The position numbers and the translations under genes were made by a program. From assembly GCA_003670735.1 (NCBI GenBank), contig QWQU01000003.1, forward strand, positions 1 through 54,893: 54,893 nucleotides of DNA. Direction: 5' to 3'. Position 1 is the stretch's first letter. Every line of letters starts with the position of its first letter. Shown one piece after another: positions 16,805 through 26,743 of this stretch. The DNA comes from Chloroflexota bacterium. Lineage in GTDB: Bacteria; Chloroflexota; Dehalococcoidia; UBA2979. The notes below the pieces were generated by a model. That model saw only the letters and a program-made list of their open reading frames with translations, was not told the DNA's origin and searched no databases.

Positions 16805-17284
16805 CTAGATCACTCCTTCGAGGTCGGAGCGGAGGAGGGTGGCCTGCCGGAGCAGGGCGCGCATCACCACCATCAGCAGGCCGACGACGGTCACTGAGAG
16901 CGTCAGGAAGATCAGGACCATCGGCATGCCGGGGTCATCGGCCTGCGAGAGCACCCAGGCGGTGAAGCTCGCGAGCACCAGCCAGCCGCCGGCGATCGAC
17001 CAGATGATGGCGTTGACCCACTTGAACGCCTCGGTGCTGAAGATGCGGTCGGACTGGACAAGGCTGAGCAGACGCCAGATCGAGACGACGATGACCTCGG
17101 CGCAGAGGATGCAGAAGCCAGCGAGGAAGGTCAGCGGCCAGCGGAGGTAGGCCTGGTCCGGGTGCTGCTGGGAGTTGTAGGCGAACGTTCCGGGGAACGA
17201 CAGGAACTGGAAGACGAGCAGCACCAGAAACAGCGCTGCCATCACGGCTTTGAGAAGGATGACCGATCGACGTTCGATATTCAT
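16805..17284 (-). CDS. DUF2975 membrane protein
   Basis: Four transmembrane segments, RLL..V..DRIFS, ALLRQAT.LRSDLEGVI; the usual partner of the YozG HTH. TTGACA-N17-GATATT 6 nt before the ATG. Confidence 0.9.
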   Translation of the reverse strand: MNIERRSVILLKAVMAALFLVLLVFQFLSFPGTFAYNSQQHPDQAYLRWPLTFLAGFCILCAEVIVVSIWRLLSLVQSDRIFSTEAFKWVNAIIWSIAGGWLVLASFTAWVLSQADDPGMPMVLIFLTLSVTVVGLLMVVMRALLRQATLLRSDLEGVI

Positions 17285-17349
17285 GAATCGAATATCGATA
17301 GTTAGGAGATGATTGTCAATAGCGTTCTGAGCGCTGGTAGATTTGTCGC

Positions 17350-17793
17350 ATGGCAATCATGCGAATGGATCACGTGAGCATCATCGTCGAGGATCTCCCG
17401 GGGGCGATCGAGTTCTTCTCGACGCTGGGGATGGACCTGCTCGGGGAAGCGGCGGTGGAGGGCGACTGGGTCGACCGCATCAACGGCCTCGATGGCATGC
17501 AGGTGGAGATCGCGATGATGCGCACGCCCGACGGTCACGGGCAGATCGAGCTGACGAAGATTCGCCGCCCAGCACTAGTCGAGGTGACGCCGGCGGTGCA
17601 GCCGCCGAACACGCTCGGGCTACGGCAGGTGATGTTCGAGGTGGACGACCTCGACGGCACGATCGCGCGGCTGCACGAGGCGCACGGCACCGAGCTGATC
17701 GGTGAGGTCGTGCAGTACCTGAACTACTACCGGCTCGCCTACGTGCGTGGGCCGGTGGGGATCATCGTGGCGCTCTCGGAAGCTGTGTCCTGA
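17350..17793 (+). CDS. VOC/glyoxalase family protein
   Basis: MDHVSIIVEDL..AIEFF..LG, FEVDDLD, YVRGPVGIIVAL. Confidence 0.92.
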   Translation: MAIMRMDHVSIIVEDLPGAIEFFSTLGMDLLGEAAVEGDWVDRINGLDGMQVEIAMMRTPDGHGQIELTKIRRPALVEVTPAVQPPNTLGLRQVMFEVDDLDGTIARLHEAHGTELIGEVVQYLNYYRLAYVRGPVGIIVALSEAVS

Positions 17794-17794
17794 G

Positions 17795-18100
17795 CTAGTA
17801 CTCCGCCTCGAGCTCTAGCTCGTCGATGTCGGTGGAGATGACTTCGGCTTTGCCGAGCAGCTCGAGGTCGATGAAGCGGCGGGCATCCTCGGCGACACGG
17901 TGGGCGGTCGCACGGTCCTCGGAGACGACGGCGAAGCCCACCTCGGCGCGCTGCATCAGGTCCTGCGAGCCGACCTCGGCGGCGCTGAGCTGGAGCCGCG
18001 CGTGGATGCGGTCGACCAGCGAGCGCACGACGGCGCGCTTGTCCTTCAGGCTTTGCGAGCCGGGCAGGTGGAGCGTGAGCAGGACGCTCACGGTGACCAC
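17795..18100 (-). CDS. DUF503 (YlxP-like) protein
   Basis: LHLPGSQSLKDKRAVVRSL...SAAEVGSQD..QRA.VGFAVVS; GTG 18100. Confidence 0.9.
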   Translation of the reverse strand: MVTVSVLLTLHLPGSQSLKDKRAVVRSLVDRIHARLQLSAAEVGSQDLMQRAEVGFAVVSEDRATAHRVAEDARRFIDLELLGKAEVISTDIDELELEAEY

Positions 18101-18122
18101 CTCGTAACTCCGGTCGGCTCGG

Positions 18123-19127
18123 CTAGAGGTTGAAGGTCGCGCCGGGCGGGAGGCTCGGTGCACCCATGGGCGGGATCGAGGTCGCGCCGCCGGGCAGCGA
18201 GATGCCCGCGTAGGGCAGGCCACCGCGCGCGGGCCAAACTCGACCCTCGGGCGTCTCGATCGCCTCGGGGACGTTGAGGTCGGTCGACTCCTCGGCGACC
18301 TCCTCGGTGGCGGCATCGGTGGGCGCGGCACCGCTGAGCGGCAGCTGCTGCGAGAGGTTCTCGGGCAGGCGGTTGGCAGCCTCAACGATGTCGGCGGGCA
18401 GCGGGGGCAGGTCCTCGGGCTTCTCGAGGCCGAAGTACTCGAGGAACTTCTGGGTCGTGGCGAAGAGCGCGGGGCGGCCGGGGCCGTCGGCGCGGCCAGC
18501 GATGTCGATCAGTCCACGGTTACGGAGCGTGTCGATCGCGCCGTCGCAATTCACGCCTCGAATCGCCTCGAGCGTGCCGCGGGTGACGGGCTGGCGGTAG
18601 GCGATGATCGCGAGGGTCTCGAGCGCGGCGGCGGAGAGCCGGCGACCGGCCTCGAGGCCCAGGAACTGCTCGATGTAGGTGGAGGTGTCGGGCGCGGTGA
18701 CGAGCTGGATGCCGTCGGGGCCGCGCTGGAGGCGGATGCCGCGCTCACGCAGCGACTCGCCGAGGTTGTCGAGGCCAGCTCGAACCTCACGACGCGAGAG
18801 GCCCAGCGCTCGTGCGAGCGCGCCCTCGTCAGTGGGACCGTCAGAGACGAAGAGCAGCGACTCGATCAGGTAGGGGACTCGCTCAGCCGGGAAGGCGGGC
18901 GTCTGGCCCTCGAACTCCTCGGCTTCTTCCTCGGCGGCTTCTCCCGACTCGTCGGCGAGGGCCGCTTCCGCAGCCGCGTCCTCGGTCGAATCGATGACCT
19001 CGACGGCTGCCGTGGCTTCCTCGACGGCCTCGCCCTGAGTCTCCTCAGGGGCGAGGTCGGTGGTGGGCTCGACGGCGGCGTCGGTGGTCATCTCGGGCGC
19101 GTCGCCCCGGGCTTTCGCCTTAGCCAT
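18123..19127 (-). CDS. scpB: SMC-Scp complex subunit ScpB with acidic N-terminal extension
   Basis: IESLLFVS, LSAAALETLAIIAYRQPVTR..LEAIRGVN, GRADGPGRP.LF.TT.KFLEYFGL. Confidence 0.93.
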   Translation of the reverse strand: MAKAKARGDAPEMTTDAAVEPTTDLAPEETQGEAVEEATAAVEVIDSTEDAAAEAALADESGEAAEEEAEEFEGQTPAFPAERVPYLIESLLFVSDGPTDEGALARALGLSRREVRAGLDNLGESLRERGIRLQRGPDGIQLVTAPDTSTYIEQFLGLEAGRRLSAAALETLAIIAYRQPVTRGTLEAIRGVNCDGAIDTLRNRGLIDIAGRADGPGRPALFATTQKFLEYFGLEKPEDLPPLPADIVEAANRLPENLSQQLPLSGAAPTDAATEEVAEESTDLNVPEAIETPEGRVWPARGGLPYAGISLPGGATSIPPMGAPSLPPGATFNL

Positions 19128-19755
19128 TGGCCTCCAGGCGCGTATCGAGGGGCCGCGGTCGCAGCCTGAGTTCCTCGTAGCGCAACTCGATTGTCGGTTG
19201 TGCGGCGAGGGGAACGCCGATTCGGGTGGCAAGTGTCTGCTCGATGGCGGCGCGAGCGCCGTTGGCGGTGTCCTGGAGTCGGGCGTCGGCGGTGACGGCA
19301 ATCCGAGCGGTCACGCGCACTCCCTTCCCCTGCGACTGCACCTGCACGTCTGCACTGCGGACGTCGTCGCGCTCCTCGATGCCATCGCGGAGCCACGCGC
19401 CGAGCTCGTGCACGGCGATGGTGCCACGTCCACCGGGCACGCGCACGGGGCGGTCAGGATCGGTGGTGCGAGCCCAGGCAATCACGAAGGCGAGCGCGCC
19501 GGCGGTGGCGAGGATGACGCTGAACACGGCCTTCGTCGTGAGGTCGTCGTGCGTGCGTGCCCACTCGATGCCGGCGGCGATGGTGCCGAGCACTTCGGTA
19601 GATGCGGTCCAGGTGAGGGCGATGACGCCAAGCATCACAGCCGCAAACAGCGTGGCGACGATGACGGGCCGACGATCCTTGCGGGTCTCGGTATCAGCGT
19701 CGGAACGAGGTTGCGGGCGATAGGCGTGCGACAGAGCGGGGAGTCGTGGGGTCAT
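19120..19755 (-). CDS. AmaP/Asp23-associated membrane anchor-like protein
   Basis: Two transmembrane segments, then G.G.I.V..L...L......DV......V....GV.V and IEQ.L...IGV; GGAGG RBS. Confidence 0.6.
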   Translation of the reverse strand: MTPRLPALSHAYRPQPRSDADTETRKDRRPVIVATLFAAVMLGVIALTWTASTEVLGTIAAGIEWARTHDDLTTKAVFSVILATAGALAFVIAWARTTDPDRPVRVPGGRGTIAVHELGAWLRDGIEERDDVRSADVQVQSQGKGVRVTARIAVTADARLQDTANGARAAIEQTLATRIGVPLAAQPTIELRYEELRLRPRPLDTRLEANG

Positions 19756-19828
19756 CGTCCTCCAGGGCCGCTGCACAAGGCGAGCGACCGTGAGTAACCC
19801 CACCACCACTTCCGCTACGATGACCCGA

Positions 19829-20662
19829 ATGATCGTTGATGTCCACACCCACATCTTTCCGCCATCACTGATCGCCGATCGCGCACACCTCGCGAGTATC
19901 GATGCGGGGTTCGGCGAGCTGTATGCGAGCCCGAAGGCGGGGATGGCGACGGCGGAGCATCTGCTCGCCTCGATGGATGCGGCGGGGGTCGATGTCTCCG
20001 TGGCGTGCGGGTTCTGGTGGCAGCACGGCGCGCAGGCTGCCGAACACCGCGCGTACCTGCTCGACGCTGCCGCGCAGTCGGACGGGCGGATCGTGCCGTT
20101 CGTGCCAATCGCGAGCGACGAGGACGCGAGCGTGCTCGACGCGGCGGTGGCGCAAGGCGCGCGCGGGCTGGGCGAGTGGCGCGGCGGCGGTGAGCTGGAC
20201 GATGCGAGCGCAGAGTTCGTGCGACGCGCGACGGCGCTCGGGCTACCGGTGCTGGCGCACTGCTCCGAGGATGTGGGGCACCTCTATCCCGGCAAGCACG
20301 GCGGGCTCACGCCGGGCGGGCTGTGGCGACTGATCTCGACGCAACCGGAGGCGCGCGTGATCGCGGCGCACTGGGGCGGTGGCTTTCCGTTCGCGGGCTT
20401 GATGCCTGAGGTGCGGGCGGCACTCGAGGCAGGGCACGTGCTGTTCGACACAGCGGCGACGCCGCTGCTCTATGAGCCGCGCGTGTTCATCGCGGCACGG
20501 ATGCTGCTCGGTGACGCGATCGTGGCGTGGGGCTCGGACTTCCCACTGCGCGAGCAGGAGCGCGACCGCGCACAGGTCGAGGCGGCAGGCGCGGGGTTCG
20601 CCGAGACATACCGCGACGCGATCCTTGGCGGGAACGCAGCGCGCTTCCTCGAACTGTCCTAA
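19829..20662 (+). CDS. Amidohydrolase family protein
   Basis: IVDVHTHIFP, GARGLGE, LAH, IAAHWGGG, FDTAA, WGSDFP. Confidence 0.9.
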   Translation: MIVDVHTHIFPPSLIADRAHLASIDAGFGELYASPKAGMATAEHLLASMDAAGVDVSVACGFWWQHGAQAAEHRAYLLDAAAQSDGRIVPFVPIASDEDASVLDAAVAQGARGLGEWRGGGELDDASAEFVRRATALGLPVLAHCSEDVGHLYPGKHGGLTPGGLWRLISTQPEARVIAAHWGGGFPFAGLMPEVRAALEAGHVLFDTAATPLLYEPRVFIAARMLLGDAIVAWGSDFPLREQERDRAQVEAAGAGFAETYRDAILGGNAARFLELS

Positions 20663-20665
20663 CGC

Positions 20666-21235
20666 GTGCGGCTGTTCGTCGCGGTCGAGATCCCCGATGC
20701 GTGGCGCTCCATTGCGAGCGCGACCAACGAGCTGATCGGCGCGTCGGTCGGGCCACTGAACGCGAACATGCGCTTTGTCGATCCATCGCTGATGCACATC
20801 ACGCTGCGCTTCCTGGGCGAGGTGCCCGAAGAGCGCATCGCCGACCTCGATGCGGCGTTGCGACATCGGATGTCGCCAGTGGACGTCGGGCTCGCGCTGG
20901 GGACGCCGAGCACGTTCGGGCCGCCAACTCGAACGCAGGTGGTGTGGCTCGGTGTGCGCGGCAACGTCGAAGGGCTGCGCGTGCTGGTGCGGCGCGTAGA
21001 CCTCGCGCTGGCGGATGCGGGCGTGAAGGCGAACGACGCACGGTTCAATCCGCACATCACGCTGGCACGCCTCGACCGCCACGTGAGCGGGGATGACCGG
21101 CGGCAGATCGCGGAGCTGGTGGGCTTTCTGCCGGCGCCTCACCCATACACGCTGCGCGTGACATCAGTCGCACTCGTGCGTTCGACGCTGGGTGGGCCGC
21201 GTCCGGTGTACGACGTGTTGAAGCGCTACTCGTGA
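20666..21235 (+). CDS. thpR: RNA 2',3'-cyclic phosphodiesterase
   Basis: MRLFVAV; two HxT motifs (HITLRFLG, FNPHITLAR). Confidence 0.93.
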   Translation: MRLFVAVEIPDAWRSIASATNELIGASVGPLNANMRFVDPSLMHITLRFLGEVPEERIADLDAALRHRMSPVDVGLALGTPSTFGPPTRTQVVWLGVRGNVEGLRVLVRRVDLALADAGVKANDARFNPHITLARLDRHVSGDDRRQIAELVGFLPAPHPYTLRVTSVALVRSTLGGPRPVYDVLKRYS

Positions 21236-21312
21236 GATTCGTGAGCACATTCACACTGCGCTGACGTGCACGCGAGCGGGCCTTGCAGTTGGCGATGCGT
21301 GGCGAAATCTCG

Positions 21313-21466
21313 TTGACGATCCTGTGCGGTAGGACTACGTTGCGCGTGAGGTACTCGACCTATGAATCACCTCGCTCGCACCGTTACCGTGTTGTCCGAG
21401 GCGTCGTTGCGCGACGCTTCGCAGCTCTCCAGAGGCGCCGCCTGCGGCGCCTCATTTGTTGTCTGA
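21313..21466 (+). promoter_or_regulatory. Promoter and attenuator-like leader
   Basis: TTGACG-N17-TACGTT; hairpins 21397-21421 and 21432-21453 followed by ATTTGTT; 34-aa upstream ORF 21362-21466. Confidence 0.5.
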
Positions 21467-21511
21467 TGACTGCGGCACACCTCGTGCTGCGGTCGTAGGA
21501 AGGGAGACTCG

Positions 21512-21766
21512 ATGGACTCCGGAATGATCGGCAAGATCGAGAAGGCACACCGCTACATCGAAGAGCGCGAACGTTTCCGGTTCTCCGGGCTGCAAGTCTC
21601 TGTACAGGGCGATAACAGCGCGCACACCGTCTCACTGAACGGCGACGACTGGGCGTGCGATTGCGACTACTTCGGCAACCGCCAAGAGTGCGCGCACACG
21701 ATGGCAGTGGCCTTAATGCTGGACGGCATGGTGCCAGACCGCACGCCGGTGCCAGCGCTGGCATAG
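21512..21766 (+). CDS. Small SWIM-type zinc-finger protein
   Basis: MDSGMIGKIEKAHRY...WACDCDYF.....CAHTMA (CxC-xn-CxH); GGAAGGGAG RBS. Confidence 0.85.
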   Translation: MDSGMIGKIEKAHRYIEERERFRFSGLQVSVQGDNSAHTVSLNGDDWACDCDYFGNRQECAHTMAVALMLDGMVPDRTPVPALA

Positions 21767-21824
21767 CACAGCACACGACGCGAACCGGCCTCGAACGACT
21801 CGGGGCCGGTTAGCACACTGCTCG

Positions 21825-22277
21825 TTGATGGAGGCTGTTCTGTCGCAGCTCGATGACGCATTGCGCATTGCGGTTGCCGCGCACGCGGGGCAAGTCGACA
21901 AGGCAGGGCAGCCGTACATCCTGCATCCGCTGCGGCTGATGATGCGGATGACCTCGGAAGCCGCGCGGATCGTGGCCGTGCTGCACGACGTGGTCGAGGA
22001 CACCGATGTGAGCCTCGATGATCTACGTGCGGCGGGGTTCGGCGACGAGGTGATCGAAGCGGTCGAGCTCGTGACTCGGCGCGACACCGAGACATACGAC
22101 GAGTTCATCGCGCGGATTGCGCCACACGCACTCGCACGTCAGGTGAAACTCGCCGACCTCGAGGACAACATGGACACGCGCCGCCTGCAGACGATCGACG
22201 AGCGCACCGTCGAGCGGATGCAGCGCTATCTGCGCTCGTGGCAACTGCTCCGGTCGATCGAGGACGCCAACACGTAG
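21825..22277 (+). CDS. Small HD-domain protein (RelA/SpoT hydrolase-like)
   Basis: AHAGQVDKAGQPYILHPL, VAVLHDVVEDT, VKLADLEDN. Confidence 0.9.
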   Translation: MMEAVLSQLDDALRIAVAAHAGQVDKAGQPYILHPLRLMMRMTSEAARIVAVLHDVVEDTDVSLDDLRAAGFGDEVIEAVELVTRRDTETYDEFIARIAPHALARQVKLADLEDNMDTRRLQTIDERTVERMQRYLRSWQLLRSIEDANT

Positions 22278-22349
22278 GAGCCTCCGTTATCGTTTCATGC
22301 CTGATACTGACTTGAGTAGTTGGTGGGGCATGAGAGGCGACGGCGAGCG

Positions 22350-22817
22350 ATGAGCGGTTCCACTCGTTGGCTGGCTGGCGTGTGCGCGGTGGTGCTCGTG
22401 ATTGTCGTGGCGGGCGTGATCGCCGCGACACGAGGCGGAGCGCAGTCGTATCCGACGGACTCGCCTGAGTACACGGTGCAGCAGTACGTGCGCACCGTGG
22501 CGGACCGCGACGCCAACAAGGCGATCTCGTACATGTCGTCGGACCTCCAGGCGCGCTGCGACACGCAGCCGCGCGACATGATCACGAGCCGCAGCCGATC
22601 GAACGTGCGCGCGACGCTTGAGGATGTGAAGCGCGGGGATAAGACCGCGACGGTGCGCGTCGGGATCACCGAGAGCTTTGGGAGCGGGCCGTTCGACGGT
22701 GGTGACTCGACGCAGACGGTCGTGTTCGAGCTGCAGCAGCAGGCGGACGGCTGGCGCTTCACCGACGCGCCCTGGCCGCTGTACTGCCCCTCGGCGCCCG
22801 CGAAGCCGGTGCGATAA
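22350..22817 (+). CDS. Membrane-anchored hypothetical protein (NTF2-like)
   Basis: N-terminal transmembrane segment; SPE.TVQQY......D..KA..Y.S; FEL....DGWR. Confidence 0.7.
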   Translation: MSGSTRWLAGVCAVVLVIVVAGVIAATRGGAQSYPTDSPEYTVQQYVRTVADRDANKAISYMSSDLQARCDTQPRDMITSRSRSNVRATLEDVKRGDKTATVRVGITESFGSGPFDGGDSTQTVVFELQQQADGWRFTDAPWPLYCPSAPAKPVR

Positions 22818-24617
22818 ATGATCTCCAGCATCCTGCTCGGACTGCTGTTCGGGGCGGTGCCGATTGGCGTCATCGCCGGCGTGATCGGGGCGGCGGTCGC
22901 GGCGCGTGACGCTCGCGATGAGCCAGCGGAGCCCGGCATCGGTACCGTGCGCCGGCTGTTCGTGTACGTGCTCGCACTGGTGGGGCTCGTATTCGCGGCG
23001 ATCGGCGTGTCGCTGCTCGTCTCGGGTGCGCTGCAGGTGGCGTTCGAGTCGGTGTTGGTGAGCCAGCGCTCCGAGGCACTCTCGACGGCGCTCGCGTTCA
23101 CGCTCGTGGGCACGCCAGCGTGGGTGGTGTTCGCATATCTCGCGCAGCGTTCGGTCGCGCAGCACCTGGTGGAGGCAGCCTCGCAGGCGCGGCGGCTGTA
23201 CTTCGTCGTGGTGCGCGGGGTCGCACTCGTGTTTGTCGTGTTCAACGCGATCGGGGTCGGCAAGCAGCTCGTCGGTGTCGAACCGCTCTCGTCGCACGGC
23301 TGGGGCTGGCTCGTGGCATGGGGCGGTGTGTGGTTGATCCACGACCGATTCGTGGCGAATGAGCCGACGACCACGGCGATGACTCGACTGCTCGAGCGGC
23401 TGTATCTGGCGTTCGGGACGGTGCTCGGGCTGATGGTGCTGCTGATCGGCATCAACAGCGTCGTGGTCGCGCCGGTGAACAGCGCATACGAGCAGCTCGG
23501 CGCGACACGACTGGTGGATTCCGCGCTGCTATTCGGGCTGCGCGACGGCGTGGTCGTGCTCGTGGTCGGCGCACTGGTGTGGGCATGGCACTGGCTGCTG
23601 CATCTGGCGCGCGAGCGCGGGACGACGCTGTGGCACGTCGTCGTGTTCGTGTTTGGAACGCTCCCGGGTGTGGCGCTGACGGTCGTGCCAGTGGCGGTGC
23701 TGCTGTACACGACGCTGACATGGTTCCTCGGCACGCGGGACGTTTCAGGGGCGCACGCTCACTTCCACGAGGTGCCGGCACTACTCGGCGCGCTCGTGAC
23801 GGGCGTGGCCACGTGGGGCTATCACCGCGCGGTGCTGGTCGAGTCGATGCGCGGGAACGAGGCGCAGTCGGAGCCGGAGCGCGTCTATCGCTACCTGGTG
23901 GCGGCGGCGGGCCTGCTGACAGCGGCGATCGGCATCGCGACGCTGCTGGCACTGGCGTGCGAGGGGATTGCGGGCGCGGGCAATAGCCTCGTGCGATCCG
24001 CAGGATGGTGGCGCAATCCGCTGTTGCGTGCGGTGACACTGCTCGCGATCGGTGCGCCGCTGTGGGCGTGGTACTGGGGCCAGCTGCAGCGCGTTGTCAC
24101 GCGCGAGGGCGCTGTGGCGCGCGCCTCGCTGTCGCGGCGCGCGTTCGTGTTCGCAGCGGTCGGCGTGTCGCTGATCGCGCTGCTGATCAGCCTCGTCGTG
24201 CTGCTGTTCCAGGTGCTGCGACCGCTGCTCGATGGTGACGCGTCGCTGGCGGTGCTGCGGGATGCGCGCTGGAGCATCGCCACCGTGGCGACCTCGGCGT
24301 TTGTGACGATGTACTACCTGCTCGTGATGCGCGAGGACCAGGCAGCGTTGCGCGATACGCCGGCGCCCGAGCGCGCACGCACTCGCGAGGTCACGGTGAT
24401 CGCGTCGGCGGATACGGCCGACGAGCTCGTCGTAGCGCTACGCCGGATCGACGGCGTGCGTGTGCGATCGTGGCAACGTACCGACTCGAGCCACCGGGAG
24501 CTGAGCGGTGCGCAGATCGAGATGGTGCGCGCCGGGGTCGCCATCGCTGACGCCGAGCACATCGCGGTGATCGTGAATGACGATGGCGTCGAGGTGGTGC
24601 CGTTCCGCGAGGCATGA
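22818..24617 (+). CDS. DUF5671 multi-pass membrane protein
   Basis: Repeated RR(L/V)YxY...G.P.W..HW units. Confidence 0.8.
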   Translation: MISSILLGLLFGAVPIGVIAGVIGAAVAARDARDEPAEPGIGTVRRLFVYVLALVGLVFAAIGVSLLVSGALQVAFESVLVSQRSEALSTALAFTLVGTPAWVVFAYLAQRSVAQHLVEAASQARRLYFVVVRGVALVFVVFNAIGVGKQLVGVEPLSSHGWGWLVAWGGVWLIHDRFVANEPTTTAMTRLLERLYLAFGTVLGLMVLLIGINSVVVAPVNSAYEQLGATRLVDSALLFGLRDGVVVLVVGALVWAWHWLLHLARERGTTLWHVVVFVFGTLPGVALTVVPVAVLLYTTLTWFLGTRDVSGAHAHFHEVPALLGALVTGVATWGYHRAVLVESMRGNEAQSEPERVYRYLVAAAGLLTAAIGIATLLALACEGIAGAGNSLVRSAGWWRNPLLRAVTLLAIGAPLWAWYWGQLQRVVTREGAVARASLSRRAFVFAAVGVSLIALLISLVVLLFQVLRPLLDGDASLAVLRDARWSIATVATSAFVTMYYLLVMREDQAALRDTPAPERARTREVTVIASADTADELVVALRRIDGVRVRSWQRTDSSHRELSGAQIEMVRAGVAIADAEHIAVIVNDDGVEVVPFREA

Positions 24618-24664
24618 CGTGCGGACGTGATGCCCTCGAAACACACGGCTGGCATACTCGACGC

Positions 24665-25636
24665 ATGGTTACTACATCGCACGAAGCCGTTGCCGCGCTC
24701 TACCGACAGTTCGCGACCGAAGAGGTGCGGGACATCTCGCCGCTCTACGACGAGATCTGCACCGGGATCGCTGAGGACGCGCAGGTGCTCGAGCTGATCG
24801 GGACGTTGCCGCGACCAAAGTGGCAGCCGAACTTGCTCCTCGCGGCGTGGAAGCTCGTGCACGGGATCGCCTCGGGATATCCGGAGTTTCGCGAGCGACT
24901 GCTCGACGAGCCCGAGGCCGTGCTGTCGGTGATGCGCACACACGCGACGCAGACCAACGAGGCCGCACGGTGCGCAACGACGCTGCCGGTGCTTGCCTCG
25001 ATCGAAGGGCCAATCGCGCTGTTCGAGGTGGGCCCGTCGGCCGGGCTGTGCCTGTTCCCGGATCGCTATCACTACCGGTATCTGCTCGACGACGACGTGA
25101 TCGAGGTGGGGGAGCCGAGCGGCGTTGACCTCGAGTGCGTCGTGACCGGGCCGATGCCGGTGCCGACGCGGCTGCCCGAGGTCGTGTGGCGCGGGGGGAT
25201 CGATCTCAACCCGCTGGACATTCGCGACGACGAGGCAGTGCGCTGGTTGCGCGCGTTGATCTGGCCAGAGCAGACGGAACGCCTCGAGCGACTCGATGCG
25301 GCGATCGCAATCGCACGCACGGAGCGCACGCAGGTCGTGACGGGCAACGCTGACACTGCATTCGAAGCAGCACTCGCTGCGGTGCCGCGCGCGGCGACGC
25401 TGGTGGTGCTGAACACGGCAGCGGCGACGTACTTTCCGCCGGACGCGCGCGAGCGGTTCGCGGAGCGGGCCAACCGCGCGGGCGTGTGGATTTCACAGGA
25501 GGCGCCGGGCGTCTTCCCGAGCGTGGCGGCGATGTTGCCGGTGCGTGCGCCTCTCGGACGATTCGTGCTGTCACGCAACGGCGAGCCACTGGCGTTCACC
25601 GCGCCGCACGGCGGCACGATCGACTGGATCGAATAG
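24665..25636 (+). CDS. DUF2332 domain protein
   Basis: SPLY, PNLLLAA, TQTNEAARC, EVGPSAGL.L.PDRY, GIDLNP, LIWPEQ..RL.RL.AA, HGG.IDW. Confidence 0.9.
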   Translation: MVTTSHEAVAALYRQFATEEVRDISPLYDEICTGIAEDAQVLELIGTLPRPKWQPNLLLAAWKLVHGIASGYPEFRERLLDEPEAVLSVMRTHATQTNEAARCATTLPVLASIEGPIALFEVGPSAGLCLFPDRYHYRYLLDDDVIEVGEPSGVDLECVVTGPMPVPTRLPEVVWRGGIDLNPLDIRDDEAVRWLRALIWPEQTERLERLDAAIAIARTERTQVVTGNADTAFEAALAAVPRAATLVVLNTAAATYFPPDARERFAERANRAGVWISQEAPGVFPSVAAMLPVRAPLGRFVLSRNGEPLAFTAPHGGTIDWIE

Positions 25637-25678
25637 GCGCCACCGCATATCGAACACGCCGTGGCGCGTTCGAGTGAC

Positions 25679-26554
25679 TTACCGAGTCGGAAGCAGGCTC
25701 GCGCAAGCCTCGAGCGTGCCAGCTCGGTAGCCGGTCAGGAACGCGTCGTGGCGCTGCTGCGCGGAGCCGTGCGTCCATGACTCGGGATCGACGCGGCCCT
25801 GGGTCTTGGCCTGGATGCGATCGTCGCCCACGGCGGCGGCGGCATTGAGCGCCTCGTTGAGCTCGGCCTCACCGATCGAGTAGTTGCCGCGGCGGTTTGC
25901 CTGCGTGCTCCAGACACCGGCGTAGCAGTCGGCCTGCAGCTCGGTGCCAATCGAGATGCGCTGCTGGCCCGCGGAGTCGCGCGCGTTCGCGGCGAGCCGA
26001 TCGGCGCCCGCGAGGTGCTGAATATGGTGGCCTGCCTCGTGCGCCACGATATAAGTCTGGGCGTAGCGACCATTGGCGCCGAAGCGCTTCTGGAGCTCAG
26101 CGAGGAAGCCGAGGTCGATGTAGATGCTCTGGTCGGCGGGACAGTAGAACGGGCCGACATTCGACGACGCGTTGCCGCAGCCGGTCTGTGCGGCCTGCTC
26201 GAAGAACACGAGCTGGGGATGCTCGTAGCGCACACCGAGCTGGGCGTCCCATACCTCGTTGATCTCGTTGTAGGACTTCACGACGTAGCAGTCGTCGTAC
26301 TGCTCGATCGCGCCGGACACATTGCAGCGCTGCGCGAGGCTCGAGGCAGGCGCGGCGGTGGAGTATGTATCGGTAGCCGCGGGGTGCGAGCCGCCGAGCT
26401 GCGAGCTCAGCACGTTGAAGAGGATGATCACGATCAGGCCGACGATGCCCCCACCGCCGCCGATCGCGATCGGCATGCTGCCCAGGCCACCAATCGAGCG
26501 ACCTCGACGGTCGTCTACGCCAGAGACATCTACTTGCTGATTGTCGAATGGCAC
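25679..26554 (-). CDS. Neutral zinc metallopeptidase (YpfJ-like)
   Basis: DDRRG, GPFYCPAD, YIVAHEAGHHIQ, ELQADCYAGVW, VGDDRIQ, THGS. Confidence 0.93.
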   Translation of the reverse strand: MPFDNQQVDVSGVDDRRGRSIGGLGSMPIAIGGGGGIVGLIVIILFNVLSSQLGGSHPAATDTYSTAAPASSLAQRCNVSGAIEQYDDCYVVKSYNEINEVWDAQLGVRYEHPQLVFFEQAAQTGCGNASSNVGPFYCPADQSIYIDLGFLAELQKRFGANGRYAQTYIVAHEAGHHIQHLAGADRLAANARDSAGQQRISIGTELQADCYAGVWSTQANRRGNYSIGEAELNEALNAAAAVGDDRIQAKTQGRVDPESWTHGSAQQRHDAFLTGYRAGTLEACASLLPTR

Positions 26555-26604
26555 GCGTGGCCACCTTCGCGATTGCTGAGTAGCAGATGGTCAGGGGGTA
26601 TGAA

Positions 26605-26632
26605 GAAGCCCGCCGATTGCTCGGCGGACTTC
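26605..26632 (-). terminator. Hairpin downstream of fabF
   Basis: Minus strand GAAGTCCGCCGA-GCAA-TCGGCGGGCTTC followed by TTCAT. Confidence 0.55.
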
Positions 26633-26743
26633 GTCATTTCCGACTGCATTGCTGCTGTCGACATGAAGAGCATGCAGCCGTGACCGCTACAGCCTCAGCA
26701 CTGCGCGCGGGTGCGGCGTTACAAGCGCCTCGCGAGTTTCGGG

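Noticed and set aside
25651-25673. CGAACACGCCGTGGCGCGTTCG as a LexA box
   Set aside because: GAAC-GTTC spacing is far more than 4 nt; it is a hairpin between convergent genes.
26600-26683. Possible 27-aa ORF MKKPADCSADFVISDCIAAVDMKSMQP
   Set aside because: Overlaps the fabF terminator-like hairpin and has no other support.
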